From assembly GCF_001194135.2 (NCBI RefSeq), contig NC_068998.1, positions 24,529,963 through 24,593,962 of the forward strand: a stretch of DNA of 64,000 bases, given 5' to 3'. A program made the position numbers and the translations under genes. Each line of letters opens with the position of its first letter. Within the stretch, counting starts at the first letter, position 1. Below, piece after piece: positions 36,281-49,147 of this stretch. A model generated the notes under the pieces. It was not told the DNA's origin, did no database searches, and worked only from the letters and a program-made list of their open reading frames with translations. The DNA comes from Octopus bimaculoides (Eukaryota).

Positions 36281-39233
36281 GGGTTGATCAAGTACTTGAA
36301 GTTGATATATGATCATAGCCGTTCTACCCTTTATTATCCTTTTTATGAGGTGCTTTTATTTTTATATCGGAAAATATCCATCATGTCATTCATTAGATTT
36401 GTGTGTGATTTGGCTACTATATTTTTAACAGACTGAACAACCATGTAGTGGAAGTTGCATTGTTGTGTCGTTCAGTTAACCATGTTATTTACCATTGCAT
36501 AAAATCCTAAACATCTTAAATAGAACTGACACTGAAAGCTGAACCTACAATGAATCACTGATGATTTTACAGTTATGTCCGTTGATAGAATGTTAAGTTC
36601 CTTGTTGCCATAGTTTATGATTGCTACTTCAAAATTTCATTTATCTCTGTCTTCGCCTTTCTTCGTCAGTCATTCTCTATTTACATCTCTATTTTATTTA
36701 CTTCTTTCTCTTCACGTTTTAGATTTTTGTGTCTTCTTATTTCTTCCTTTTCGTTTATATCTAGACTAAGTGGAAGGGGTCATGTAACTTGTTAGAAATT
36801 ATCAACCTAAACTCTTAGATCACAACTTGCAGTCTTAAAGCAGAAAGTTCAAACCGAACAATATAATCATAATTTGCACTTTTTTGAGAACAAAAGATAG
36901 AATGGGGATAGTTGGAATTCTTTGATCCTAGGTTAGTCCAATGAAGTCTGTACTGGACTTAAGAACAACAACAAATACACATTTGCAAGCCACGCTCTCT
37001 CGCATTCTATGATCATTTATTGAATAAAATCATTTACTGTTGGTGTCAAGAAGAATTGTATTTTTCTATTATTATTTTCAAAGTAGAAAACAAAAAAAGA
37101 CAGTACACTTGGGGGCGACTATATAGTCAAATATTGGGATCCTAATATTTGACCAGTTCTTATTTTATCGAAATTAGTAGGACCACCGGTGAAGCTTACA
37201 TCTAGCATATGTGAAACACAGAATATAAACGGCTGTATCTAAATACGGAAAGTAATTTTTTCTGGTACATTGACAATTCATACGATTCATCACCTTTCAA
37301 TATTACTTCTAATAATCATTTTCTTATTTACCACAAAATGAACGGATAATGGAATATTACAATGAAAATTGACGATAACTCTAAGATATTATGGACAAAT
37401 GATTTCATAAAAACAGTCTTGGGAAGTAACATTATACAACAGACCAGAATGGTAATTCTCAGTTGAGGAATAGATACTTATCCGAATTACCCTAGCTATT
37501 AATGATAATCTCCCTTCATCTAAAGACAAGCGTAGAGAAAATTCATTTGATAGTGTAACCCTTACTACATCATCAAGCTTTCAAGGAATTCATAGCATAT
37601 CCTTCTCTATCCTCACTTTCAGATTGGTTTGATAATAGCCTTGTGCTGAAGTTAATGATAGTCGTTGTTTGTTTTTAAATGATATCCAATATATAAACGC
37701 TCGTGTCACAGCCTCTAGAGAGAGGAGAAATCTTTAAATTCCTCTACAAATGAAACATGAAATAATCTTTACAAGGAACTCAGATGAAGGTTGGATTCTT
37801 AAGCTTGACAACAGCTCTTCGACAGAATTTCACAAACCAATAATTCTCGGACATTATAGGGTGGAACGAGTTCTCGCCCTCATACATCTCGGTCAGGCAT
37901 AACTGACAGCAATATGGTGCTGCAGTGTTTTTACAACCTATCTTAAACTGGTAGTACATACCAGTAACACTGTCAATCCGTGGAATTTTGGAAGATATAA
38001 AAATACGTAGTTGTCAGGCTGAAAGTGATCCAGAATTAAACTGACTTCCGTCGATGCCCAGGGTTTTTTCTAGTACTTCGTGACACTTATCTATCATTAA
38101 CTCACTTCAGAATTTCAGAACATACCATTAATCGCTTTACCTGTCTGGCAAAGAAATGCAAGCCCTTGACAATGTACTTCACTGCACTGAAGATGTCACA
38201 TATTCAACATGTGTTTTGTTTAAACGCTGTTTAGGTGGAGCATTTCGTCCAGATACATTCTCTTAAAAGCGTCCAGAGTTAAAAAAACAAAAAAAAAACA
38301 CTGTATATCCCAACAACAGGCGAAACGAATCTTCCCGTAAGTGAACTTGAACGGGTCATCAGTAAACTGCATACTGAAGTTACCCGTGAAACAAATTCGA
38401 ATCACTGGTCTGAGGTATATATAGATAGCGTAAAATCACCGCACCTGTAAAATAAAATTAAATTTTGAACAAAAAGCAGCTCTATAATAATGGTTTCAAA
38501 TTTTGGCACAAGGCCAGCAATTTCGGGGGAATATGTAAGCCGTGTTCAACTGGTACTTATTCTATTGGATGAATGGTAAATTTGACCTTGACATATTTGA
38601 ACTCAGAACATGAAGACGGACGAAATGCATCAAACCATTCTGCCAGCTCACCACCTTAAGCAGCTCTTTAATAGTACGGTGCCGATGAGCCGAAATATCT
38701 GCGAAATATCGGCATCCACCATACTCTTTCATCTACGGGTTATTCGTTTCGCTAGGTGATATGTTAAACAATGTTTTTTAGCACTCAATGTCCTAAAAAT
38801 ACTTACTTTGGTCGAAATATCACAGCTGAAAATCGTTTAAAGAAAATGGATTCATTAAGCCTGTGACGTTAATAATGCTTATATTATTAGAGCTGTTTCT
38901 TAGTTATAATTTAATTTTGCTTTACTTGAGCCGCGCTGATGCACATCAAGAGATAGGCTTTACGCTACTGTATATATCTCAGACAAGCGATTCAAATTCA
39001 TTTCGAGGATGACTCCAGTATACAGTGCCGATAATATGAAATAACAACAAAATATTGATATCTACCATTCTCGTTCACCTATGGTGCGAGAGGCTTTGCT
39101 TGATTTGTTTCGCTCGACGTCTGAAAGAAACCTTCTCTGGGCGAAATGCCGCAGCTGAAAAGAGGTTAAAGAAAACACATACACGATGTATATGACATCA
39201 ATAATGTTTACATTGGAGCTGCTTCTTCCTGAA

Positions 39234-39269
<36 letters not shown>

Positions 39270-39388
39270 GGCATTACTACAGAATAATAATGCCACACAC
39301 TGAACTTCTCAAAATAAACACAAGTTTAGTACAGAATGCAAGGAAACACAACCAACAGAAGAAAATCACCTTTCTTTTAAATAACTCA

Positions 39389-39450
39389 ACTATGTATCGA
39401 CCGATTTCGCGATTACTAGAATGAATCTAGACTCCGCACGTCAGCATAGT
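39389..39450 (-). ncRNA. Type I hammerhead-like motif with an A9U core variant
   Basis: Stem I ACUAUG/CAUAGU; CUGACGU; stem II GCG/CGC plus CUAGA/UCUAG; GAAA; self-complementary AUCGGUCGAU; AUA triplet. Confidence 0.55.
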
Positions 39451-39874
39451 ATTGTTTATGAAAAACATATACAAATAAACAGAATTCTCACCTTACCAAA
39501 NNNNNNNNNNNNNNNNNNNNNNNNNNNNNNNNNNNNNNNNNNNNNNNNNNNNNNNNNNNNNNNNNNNNNNNNNNNNNNNNNNNNNNNNNNNNNNNNNNNN
39601 NNNNNNNNNNNNNNNNNNNNNNNNNNNNNNNNNNNNNNNNNNNNNNNNNNNNNNNNNNNNNNNNNNNNNNNNNNNNNNNNNNNNNNNNNNNNNNNNNNNN
39701 NNNNNNNNNNNNNNNNNNNNNNNNNNNNNNNNNNNNNNNNNNNNNNNNNNNNNNNNNNNNNNNNNNNNNNNNNNNNNNNNNNNNNNNNNNNNNNNNNNNN
39801 NNNNNNNNNNNNNNNNNNNNNNNNNNNNNNNNNNNNNNNNNNNNNNNNNNNNNNNNNNNNNNNNNNNNNNNNNN

Positions 39875-39915
<41 letters not shown>

Positions 39916-39995
39916 GTGCGCGCGCGTGTACATATATATAATTGAAAAAAAATTGAAGTCAACAAGAAGGAGTTCGGTTAAACATTTATCTTTTA

Positions 39996-40101
39996 ATCAC
40001 TACAATTGTTTCCACGCAACGTAATTCTCGAGGCGGGCTGGTACTTGATTATGCAACTGTTTCCCTGCATTATGAGATCTAGTTGTGTTTCCTCAGGCGA
40101 T
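39996..40101 (-). ncRNA. Type I hammerhead motif with a long stem II, left arm of a palindrome
   Basis: Stem I AUCGC/GUGAU; CUGAGGA; stem II base AACACAAC/GUUGCGUG; GAAA; palindromic ACAAUUGU; GUA triplet. Confidence 0.62.
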
Positions 40102-40327
40102 ATGTAAATATTGTCTCCGTAGGTTTCCATTCTCTGCTTCAAAAACATCCTCTCTGTCTGTCGTAGCCTGAATTTAGTGGTAGTCACTGAGTTTATCAAT
40201 TTGCCAACGGTCCTTCAGCAGCAATACACTGTGATAAACTCAGTGACTTCTACTAAATTCAGGCCTCGACAAACATAGAAGATGTTCTTGAAACTGAGAA
40301 TGTGAACTTATGGAGAAATATTTTCAT

Positions 40328-40433
40328 ATCACTTGAGGAAACATAACTACATCTCATAATGCAGGGAAACAGCTGCATAAGCAAGTATATGCACGCCTAG
40401 AGAATTACGTTGCGTGGAAACAATTCTAGTGAT
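40328..40433 (+). ncRNA. Degenerate hammerhead motif, right arm of the same palindrome
   Basis: Stem I AUCAC/GUGAU perfect, but C3U (UUGAGGA) and G16.2C (CUA). Confidence 0.45.
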
Positions 40434-40625
40434 GAAAAAATAAATGCCCAACCGTACTCATTCTTGTTGATTCCAATTTCTTTCAATTATCTAGTCACCA
40501 CACGACAGATGCCCAACGGCAAACCTGGAAGTACGTAATATACTACTACTGGACAACACACGGTGAAATTTGAAGGTGGACGAGCTTTATACTGTACTCT
40601 ACTACGTTCTTAACATAATATACCA

Positions 40626-40656
<31 letters not shown>

Positions 40657-40699
40657 GCGAGTAANNNNNNNNNNATATATATATATATATATGTATGTA

Positions 40700-40932
40700 T
40701 ATATATATATCTACGTATGTGTGTGTGCATGCGTGTGTTTGTCTCCCATCACCGCTCCGCTTGACAACCGGTGTTGGTGTGTTTACGTTCCCGCATCCTA
40801 GCAGTTCAGCAAAAGAGGCTGATAGAATAAATACTAGGTTTAAAAAATAAGTCATGGGATCGAGTTGTTCAACTAAAACCGCACAAGGTGGTGCTCCAGC
40901 ATGACCACAGTCAAATGACAAACAAGTAAAGG
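40700..40932 (+). mobile_element. SINE family A, 3' half (other fragments at 11-212, 15250-15460, 18045-18102, 20820-20853, 58490-58797)
   Basis: Homology to 9000-9206. Confidence 0.8.
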
Positions 40933-43900
40933 CATATAATATATATATATATATATAAACGACAGTTTGGTAACATCTAGATTAGCTTTAATCAGAGCTG
41001 ACCTGGTCGTAAATAATATTAGTGTTGCATGTTATTACCTTTCTGGTTTCCAAATCATGGTATTGATTCATCTATATTGTTATTGTTGTTGTCATTTAGC
41101 CAGCCCCTGATTAATACTAATCAAGTAGGCATATGATCAAATTAGTTCTTGCCATGCCTATAGTGTTGGTCTTATTTTCAGATGTAGTTTATCTACTACT
41201 GTATTAATCAACGTGTCTTTAAATTATTTTAGCATGATAGCGGTTTGTTGGAATGAGATTTGGTTGCAGTTTCTAGCAGATCTAGCATGAATATTGTAGT
41301 GACGCCTAATACCAGTGGCCATTTTGGAGAGTTCGTCCAAGCATGCGCAGGGACATGTCTTCCAGAAGGCATGCAGGAAGTCCCTCATGCGCATGCGTGG
41401 TCATCCTATATCAAGCGTTCCCGCGTTTTCTCTACCTCTTAGCGCTGCACATTTGAGGATACCAAACGTCTACCACTGGGGCGTTCAATTACTTAGATTT
41501 ATTCATATATGAAAATATTAAAAGCATTGTTTTGAATGCTAGACTTGAATGACTGATCTGATTTGCTTTGTTCTGGTAGAATTGGTGATGGGTTATGAAG
41601 CTCGTTTGGCAAGGTTTTAAGATACATGCAGGACATGTATGGACAGGTGCAGCGTTAGGTATAGCAATACCACTGGCTTTGCCGAATGAATGCTTCTCTT
41701 CAGGATAATTATTCTTTAATTTATATCACAAATATATAAAATCCGAAGTACCTCACATATTGTTGATAGTGAGAGCTAAATATTTTGTGAAAGAATTATT
41801 ACTTTATATGTCTGTCAAATGCTGTAATGTTACGTATCTTGCTAAACTAAAAATATTTTACGTCGTATCAAAATTATGTCATAATCAACTTTTATATTTC
41901 TAACTATGCTTCGTTATGTCTATATTTCTCTATTTACATCTCTATCATTATTCTTAGTCAGCTTTATTTACCCCCGTTTCTATATAATTCACTACTTAAT
42001 TTTTTATTTATGTTTGACCGTAACAGGAAAATCTTCTTCAAATCACACCTTATTTTCTTAATTAAAATAGGAAAGACATTGATTAGTGATTTACTAGTTG
42101 CATACTAAAAATTAAAAACAAAATAGTGTAGTTACAGCTTTAGCGTCTTTGATCGAAGTTCTGCTCGATTAACTTTCAGCTGGAGTAATTACCAACAATA
42201 TACAATGATATACTGATACCCTTCACCGTTCTGTGAACACAAGTGTTCGGTATTCAATAAGATTACTTATTATTATGCTTATGAAGAATCCTAATTACTT
42301 ATTATTGTCAAACAAAACGTAAGACCAGAACACATTTCTTGATCGGAAATAAAAGAGCAATGAAATCGAAGACTGTTATCGAATACGTGATGTTATGAAC
42401 ACGAAAGAATGAAAGACAAAATTGACATCGGCTAGATTTGAACACTCAAGGCAAATGGCCGTAACTAAAAGCTCAACATATTCTATCCAAATCTCTGTTA
42501 ATTCTGCAAATACATTGTCTATAATTACTCTAATAATAATTTTATTAGTCAGAACAACAGGGTCGGAAACTGAATGTGTTTTTGTGTAAATTATGTACAA
42601 AGTTGAAAATAGATGACAAATGATAGAAGGTCAAAAAAGATACGTACTTGAGCTTAGAAAAGTCATACAATTTAGATTTAGTTTATATATATTTACTTGT
42701 GTAATATATATAAGAGGTTAGAGTAGGTTATTTTCAAACAGTAGTGGAAAAGCTAACAGTAAAAGGGAATAAGTAAATTTAGACGCAACAAGAAATTATC
42801 GAATTTAGAGTACATGATTTGAACTGCAATTAATATAGGGAAGAGTGTATTTTGGGTGTTAACATACCTTTATAAGTTCATTAGATAAAAATAAACGAAC
42901 TTAATGTTGAAGCAGTAAAATTTTTGGTTATGTCTTAAATACACATGAGACTTTTCTGAATAAATAGAGAAAATTGAATCGAAGTATATTATGAAGATAT
43001 ATATATATCTATAAAATCTATATGCATTTGGAAATGGAGAAAGTTTTGTTAGTCTAATAATATAAAGGGCAAAAAGAAGAAGAAATAACTAGCTGAAGAG
43101 AACTAAAATAGATATTGTGTTAATTGGAATAGTTCGATTCGTTGGGGTGTGGTTTTGAAGATATCAGATGTAAGTAACTAATATAAAAAAAAAATTTAAT
43201 ATTAGTTTAAGGATTAAATAAGGTGTAACGGCTGGATGATTAGGATGGTTGTGACGAAAGCCAGAATTATAGGATAATGACAAGAACCAAGCAGTGAGTT
43301 AATTAGAAGTATTTAAATCGGATTCAGATATACAGTCAAAAGATCGATTATTACTAGAATATATAGTCCGTCAAATGGGCTGTCTAATGTATAATGAATA
43401 AAAGTAATATGCAAAAGTGGAAGGAAGCGATATGTGAGACAACAGGAAATAAATTTTGTTATAATAGAACGAAATATACTAAATATTTATGTAACGTATT
43501 GCTGATGTAGGAAAAAAGTTAATCAAGATTAGAAGGTGGCTAGTTATATTTTGATACTTTGGTTTATGGCAAGTAACTATTTGACCAAAAACAGGTTATG
43601 TAAACCTAGGGATAAGAAAATTCTATTGTTGTGGGGGAAGTAAAGAAATAAAAATATGCATTTCTATAAATAAGACTGGTACAAGAGTGAGGCAATCTAT
43701 GAAATGATATATTGGAGATAGAAAATTATTAAGGAATATTCATAAGACCTCTAAGGGGAGTAATTAGAATTAGATTAATTTACCAGCAAGAATTATGTAT
43801 GGATATAGGATCTAGTTTGATACTGAAGATATGTTTTCAGGATTTTATATATTCATAAAGGAATCCTTTCAACTGATAAAAGACAAACTGGAGAACTACT

Positions 43901-44359
43901 GATGAGTTTTAACATTTAATTTTAGCATGAAAAATCACAAATATTTGGTTGTCATACATTAGATTAATAAACTATAACTGAAAAGACAGTGGAATAATTG
44001 CCTGACATCTATAAGGGAAATTTCTTTCTAATATTAAAGAAATCTTCCGTTGAGATTGACTTTGCCTTTCGGGGTCGATAAAATAAGTACTAGTCGATGT
44101 AATTGACTTACTCCCTCTTTCAATCTTGTTGGTCTTGTACCAACATTTGAAGCTAATATTAAAGTCACACCTAACTTTATGGAAAGACACCAGAGAGATA
44201 ACTGAGGTAATTAAATTAACTGCACACCAAGTTAACACTAAACATCCAGAATTTGGCATAAAAGAATACCTCTCGTTTTTCATGCTACCGATTAATCCCT
44301 TACTCTGTGATAGATTATATTTCTACGTCCGTGAAATTTGTCATTTTTATGTTTCGTAA

Positions 44360-44920
44360 TACTAATGTCGGATTATATAGAGACGATGGTCTACCAGTTT
44401 TGAAATCGCAAGAAACATGCATATCTAAAGATACATAGATTCACTACCACCAAGAAAGACATCATTACTAAAATCAACTTTTTTTTAATGTTAATTTAGA
44501 TTTGTTAGTTTCTTGAAAGAAACAAACTGGAATTTTGCAATATATACACAAATATTTTAATGTTATTAAATTTCGATTATCTTAACTCTGTTGATTAGGA
44601 TTTTGTTACAGAAACTAAACCTTCAAACTACATTAGATCATTAATGTCCACAGAATAGATTGCATGAAATAACTTTTTTTTTTCAGAATTTGCATTCATC
44701 TAGTTTTCAAAAGCTAAACTCAACCAATGATATTAATCTTAATGTTTCAAAATTCTAACTCACCTTAGTTTGTATATCCTAGAATATAAGTGTTTTGTTC
44801 GGGATATAGTATATCAATGCAATACAGAAAATAATTATTCAAAATATACATTTAACTCCTTATCTTTTAATGTGATCTTTCGTAATCATACAGATTTAGA
44901 ATCAGCATAAGAATTATTGA
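44360..44920 (+). mobile_element. Highly decayed Penelope-like RT fragment
   Basis: VGLYRDDGL motif, followed by an NF(L)..NLDL-like segment. Confidence 0.6.
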
Positions 44921-46402
44921 AAATTTGTTGTGTCGTCTCATAAGGAAACTGAAAACCTGTATTTAACTTAAAACGTAAAATGGGGCAACACAGATTGCAA
45001 ATTATATTGCTTTTTATGTATATTTGTGGGGATAGTCAACCTACACAGCAGAAAATGTGAAAGGATGTTTCTTTTACTAAGAAAATCCTGGAAGCATATC
45101 CAAACCATAATGTTAGATCCTACAAACGTAAGTCATTCTTATTTACAAGTAAGACTTATCTAATTATATTTAAATCTTGCTCCATTCTCTTTCATTTACC
45201 GTATCCATATACTTCTCTTATTGCTATCAACATATATTTATGGCAAGCTCTTTATTTCTCCATCACAACAGAAATAACTAGCCAATCTCCAAGTTCACTT
45301 AACTTCCATCTTTCTTGCAACGTTATTCATCAAAAGTGCAAAAAAAAAACCAAAAAAAAAAAAAAAAACAGCCGTTCGTTTCGAAAATAGAATTAACCTA
45401 CTCTCTTCTAAACTTGATTATCTTTTAACTGACTTCAGTTAGTTACATAAATAATTAGTATATTTCCTTCTATAATACAATTTATTTTTATTTGTGCCAC
45501 GTATCTGTTTCTTCCAACTTTAACACATTACTTTCGTGTACACTAGTTTAAGCTCCTTCCAATGATATTCAATTTCCCCAAGGAATATATCGGATTTTCG
45601 TTTAATACTTATACTTAATTACTTCTAACTTACTACTTATTAATATTTTACACACCCTCTTTCTTCACAAGCAAGCTAATCACCCAACCACAATATTTTA
45701 TATAATTCTTTAATGCTTTCTTTCCATTTGTTACTTCATTCTTATCTGTAAAACCACACCTCCAACATTTGAACTATTCCAATTAGTACTATATCCAGGT
45801 TACTTCGCTTTAGCTAGTTATTTGTTTTACTTCTTATTATTCATGTTATCTCGCTAATTAGTCTTCTCCATTTCAGAATGCTATTTTTAAAGGGAAGTCC
45901 GGAAATAACGGTCTGAAGCGGAAAATTTTCAAACAAATCGGTGGCCGTCAAATTCATGTTGGCTTCTGCGCCTGAAGTAATTTTTCATAACGTTTTAAAT
46001 ATAATTAAATTTTTTTTTTAAAGTTTAGCGCGAAAGGCTTGAGTTAGTTTAGCTTTAGGGTTCGTGATTAGGTTTAGAGAGGGAAGTTAAGGGATGAGAT
46101 GTTGACGGTCGGAATACTATATTTTGTGTTGAAATTTATGTTCATAGTTTTAGCAGCTATTTTGAAAACTTTATTATTCAGAATTATTTCAAAATTATAA
46201 TAAAACATGATTTATATAGTGGTGTAGCGTGGTTATGATGAATGAATTGTCACTTTACATACATCTTTTATTGCTACGTTATTACAAGGCATTCATACAA
46301 TACAAGCAGAGTCAATCCTATATGAACATCGTGTTTTACAGGTGCCGGAGATCTTCAGCAGAAATTCGATAATTAGACTAATTTTTCCCATCGATGCATA
46401 TT

Positions 46403-46450
46403 CATGTGGCCATGTTGATTCTTCATCATGTGGCCATGTTGATTCTTCAT
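46403..46450 (+). repeat. Perfect 24-bp tandem duplication
   Basis: catgtggccatgttgattcttcat x2. Confidence 0.9.
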
Positions 46451-46779
46451 CCATCTCCGGGTTAAGTACAGAGAAGTAAAAACAGCGATTAGGCGAATGA
46501 TGCTGAGTTAAGTATGAAGTTATGAAAATAGCTATTAGTGAGAAATTCACCCAAGATGGAACTCAACGGGGTCTGAATTCACTCTGCTTCTTTCGCGCTG
46601 ATAATGCTATATTTAAGGTCTTCATTGATAGGAAGTTCTAGTGATTATCAAGTGAACAAAAAAGTTCTCATTGGCTGAAATGGGGTCTGCACGCATGATA
46701 AACTCGTAACTCACATGTGGTCGAATATGGGGTCGAAATCGACTGTTACCGGGGAAATATGCAGCAGACTCTATGTCAG

Positions 46780-47300
46780 TCATTATTCAGTTTTATTTCA
46801 AGATTTCTTGCCAATAGAAAAAGAGCCGGTTTCTAACCTAGACAGACCCAAGGCTCCTTCATTGGAATTTCAACAACATCAACAGGGTATGTATGTATGT
46901 CTGCAGATTTGTATGCTTTGTTTTATGTATGTATTCTCATGCATATAGTTGCATATCTAGACATGCTCATATATACTTAAATGATTAATTGGAAAATTTT
47001 ATAGATTTTTACTGTTTGGATCTCCGAATCAAGCTTCCTACTGTCTGGTTTTGATAAGCCTAGTTTCTTGGTAGTGTGTTACATTGTCCCAGTGTCCCAA
47101 TAATTACAGGTATAAACCTGGACTTATAATCTGGATAGAGTAGTGGCAGATTACTCATTAGTTCAGTGTAGGTATTTACTTTTTCGCTGATCTTTGGTTT
47201 TATGTTAATATCCGCTGGGTAGCTGATTTTTACAGCTGTACACAGTTTCTCTTCTCTATCCAAAAGTATTATGTCAGATCTATTATGTTTACATATGTAT
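46780..47300 (-). mobile_element. 3' end of a non-LTR element with a restriction-like endonuclease (R4/NeSL-type)
   Basis: KISYPADINIKPKISEKVNTYTELMSNL...FIPVIIGTLG fits the REL C-terminal pattern; followed by a 3'UTR-like stretch. Confidence 0.7.
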
Positions 47301-47901
47301 GTATGTATGTATGTATGGCAGATGTATAGCTAGGTTTTAAAGTTATTAGGAGCGAGCGCATAAAAATTTTCTACGTTCATTAGTTTCATGTTTCAGTAAC
47401 TATGTCATTATGTATGAAACTTATAACTACTGATATAGGTGTGACGTGTAAAAGACGAAACTCCTTGGGATAGTCCAGTGTCGAGCGTTATGACGTTTGG
47501 ATTTAGTTTGATTCTTCAGATGTCAGCGGCCACCAATCAATCACAGGACATTGAACAGAACATAGGAGGTTGATCAGATAAAGTAATGACTCCAAAAAGT
47601 ACTTCCTAGGTCATGCGATTAAAAAAAACAAGAGATTCAATCTTTATCCATCTAGTGAACTAAAGAGTTTTTAAAAAAATGTTGAAAAGGCGCCACTGAT
47701 GTATGTATGTATTTCTTTTCAAATGTGTGTGTGTGTAATTCAATTATCTGAATAGAGAAAATTGAGCTATGTATATATTTATATAATTTAATTTTCTCCA
47801 TTCAGAAAATTGATACGCTTAACTAATTTAGGACACAAGCACGTTTTGACTGTGATTTTACTATGATATATATATATTTCCTTCGCTTATTTTCATCAAA
47901 G

Positions 47902-47987
47902 AAACCCGTATAGGTCCATATATAGACTAACAACTTTCCTGTTCAAACCCGTATAGGTCCATATATAGACTAACAACTTTCCTGTTC
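47902..47987 (+). repeat. Perfect 43-bp tandem duplication
   Basis: aaacccgtataggtccatatatagactaacaactttcctgttc x2. Confidence 0.9.
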
Positions 47988-48709
47988 TCATCTCTGTATT
48001 AAATGAAATCCACTTCATGTGTCCTACTTCACAAGTGTTATAAGGTTATGCCGATCTATCAAATGCTTGCCAGGCTTCATTCAGTTCTCTGCTTTTGCAT
48101 CTACCAACACAATGACCAAATAAGGCTCACCGTTTATCTAGCAAGTGACTCTATTGAACATTTTTCAAACCCAACAGTGCAACAGCCTGTTGCAGAGCTT
48201 TCAACTTTTGCATGATAGAAAACCAAGGCGAATTTATTACTTGTGAAGAAAGACCTACTTTCACAATAAACTTGTTGCAGAACCTGCTGCAAGGCCAAAC
48301 TACTAAGTCAGTGAGAAAAGCTAAAATTCAATGACTGAATATTAGAAATATTCCCAACTTATTGTATTATTAACAAGAAGGTCATTCCAAAATCATAAAA
48401 TTTAAAAGAAACTGATACAATAAAGGAAGTAAATCCAGAAATTATTCTATTTCTTACTACGTCACTAATGTGATTGCTGTTAATGTTTGCAGCTGTTGTT
48501 GTTCCATCCATTTCAACTAACACAACTCATGGAAATATCATAAGAGTCACAATACATTTGACCATAAGTTTTTTTTCCGAAATAGATGTGCTATTGTTTA
48601 ATAGCAAACCTAACGGCAACTATAATAGTAGATGTCTAATATTTCTCATTTATAAACTACGTTATTTAATCATCTAAGCTTATTATTATTATTATTATTG
48701 CTTAGCCGT

Positions 48710-49147
48710 AAAGGTGGTGAACTGGCAGAAGCGTTAGCATGTCGGGCAAAATGCTTAGCGGTATTTCGTCCATATTTTCGTTCTGGTATCGAATTCCGCC
48801 GAGATCGATTTTACTTTTCATCTTGTCGGAGTCAATCAAATAAATACCAGTTGAACACGGGGGGGGGGTGATGTAATCGACTGACCCCTCCCTCGAAATT
48901 ACTAGCCTTGTGCCAAAATTTGAAATCATTATTATTGTTTAACCCAAAAGAGGGTGCGTCGGACACAATGCTTAGCGGTAACATTTATGGCTCTTTGTGT
49001 TCTGAGCTAAAATTCCGCCGAAGTTGACTTTGCTTTTCATCCTTTCAGAATCGATAAAGAAAGTACCAGTTAAACACTGAAGTCGATGTAATCGACTTAC
49101 CCGCCTCTACTAAAATTACTGGTTTTCTGCCAAAATCTGTAAGCACC
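48710..49147 (+). mobile_element. Two head-to-tail family E SINEs (others at 16345-16482, 38487-38660, 44050-44150, 49790-49960)
   Basis: Shared head aaggtggtgaactggcag and tail ccaaaatttgaaa. Confidence 0.8.

Larger units (their letters stand above)
39983..40446. mobile_element. About 460-bp palindromic (foldback) element with an HHR in each arm
   Basis: Inverted arms about 39983-40198 and 40232-40446 with a 33-nt spacer. Confidence 0.75.

Noticed and set aside
38320-38370. Minus-strand CTGATGA followed by a CCCGT/ACGGG stem
   Set aside because: GAAA is replaced by GAAG/AAGA and no stem I can form, so it is not a credible hammerhead
38680-38720. CCGATGA-GC...GC-GAAA near-hammerhead
   Set aside because: U4C core change and no stem I in register; better read as a simple GTGCCGAT/ATCGGCAT hairpin
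42600-45880. A-rich strand-biased tracts resembling L1/Tx1 ORF2
   Set aside because: No diagnostic RT or endonuclease motif could be read, apart from the PLE piece at 44360
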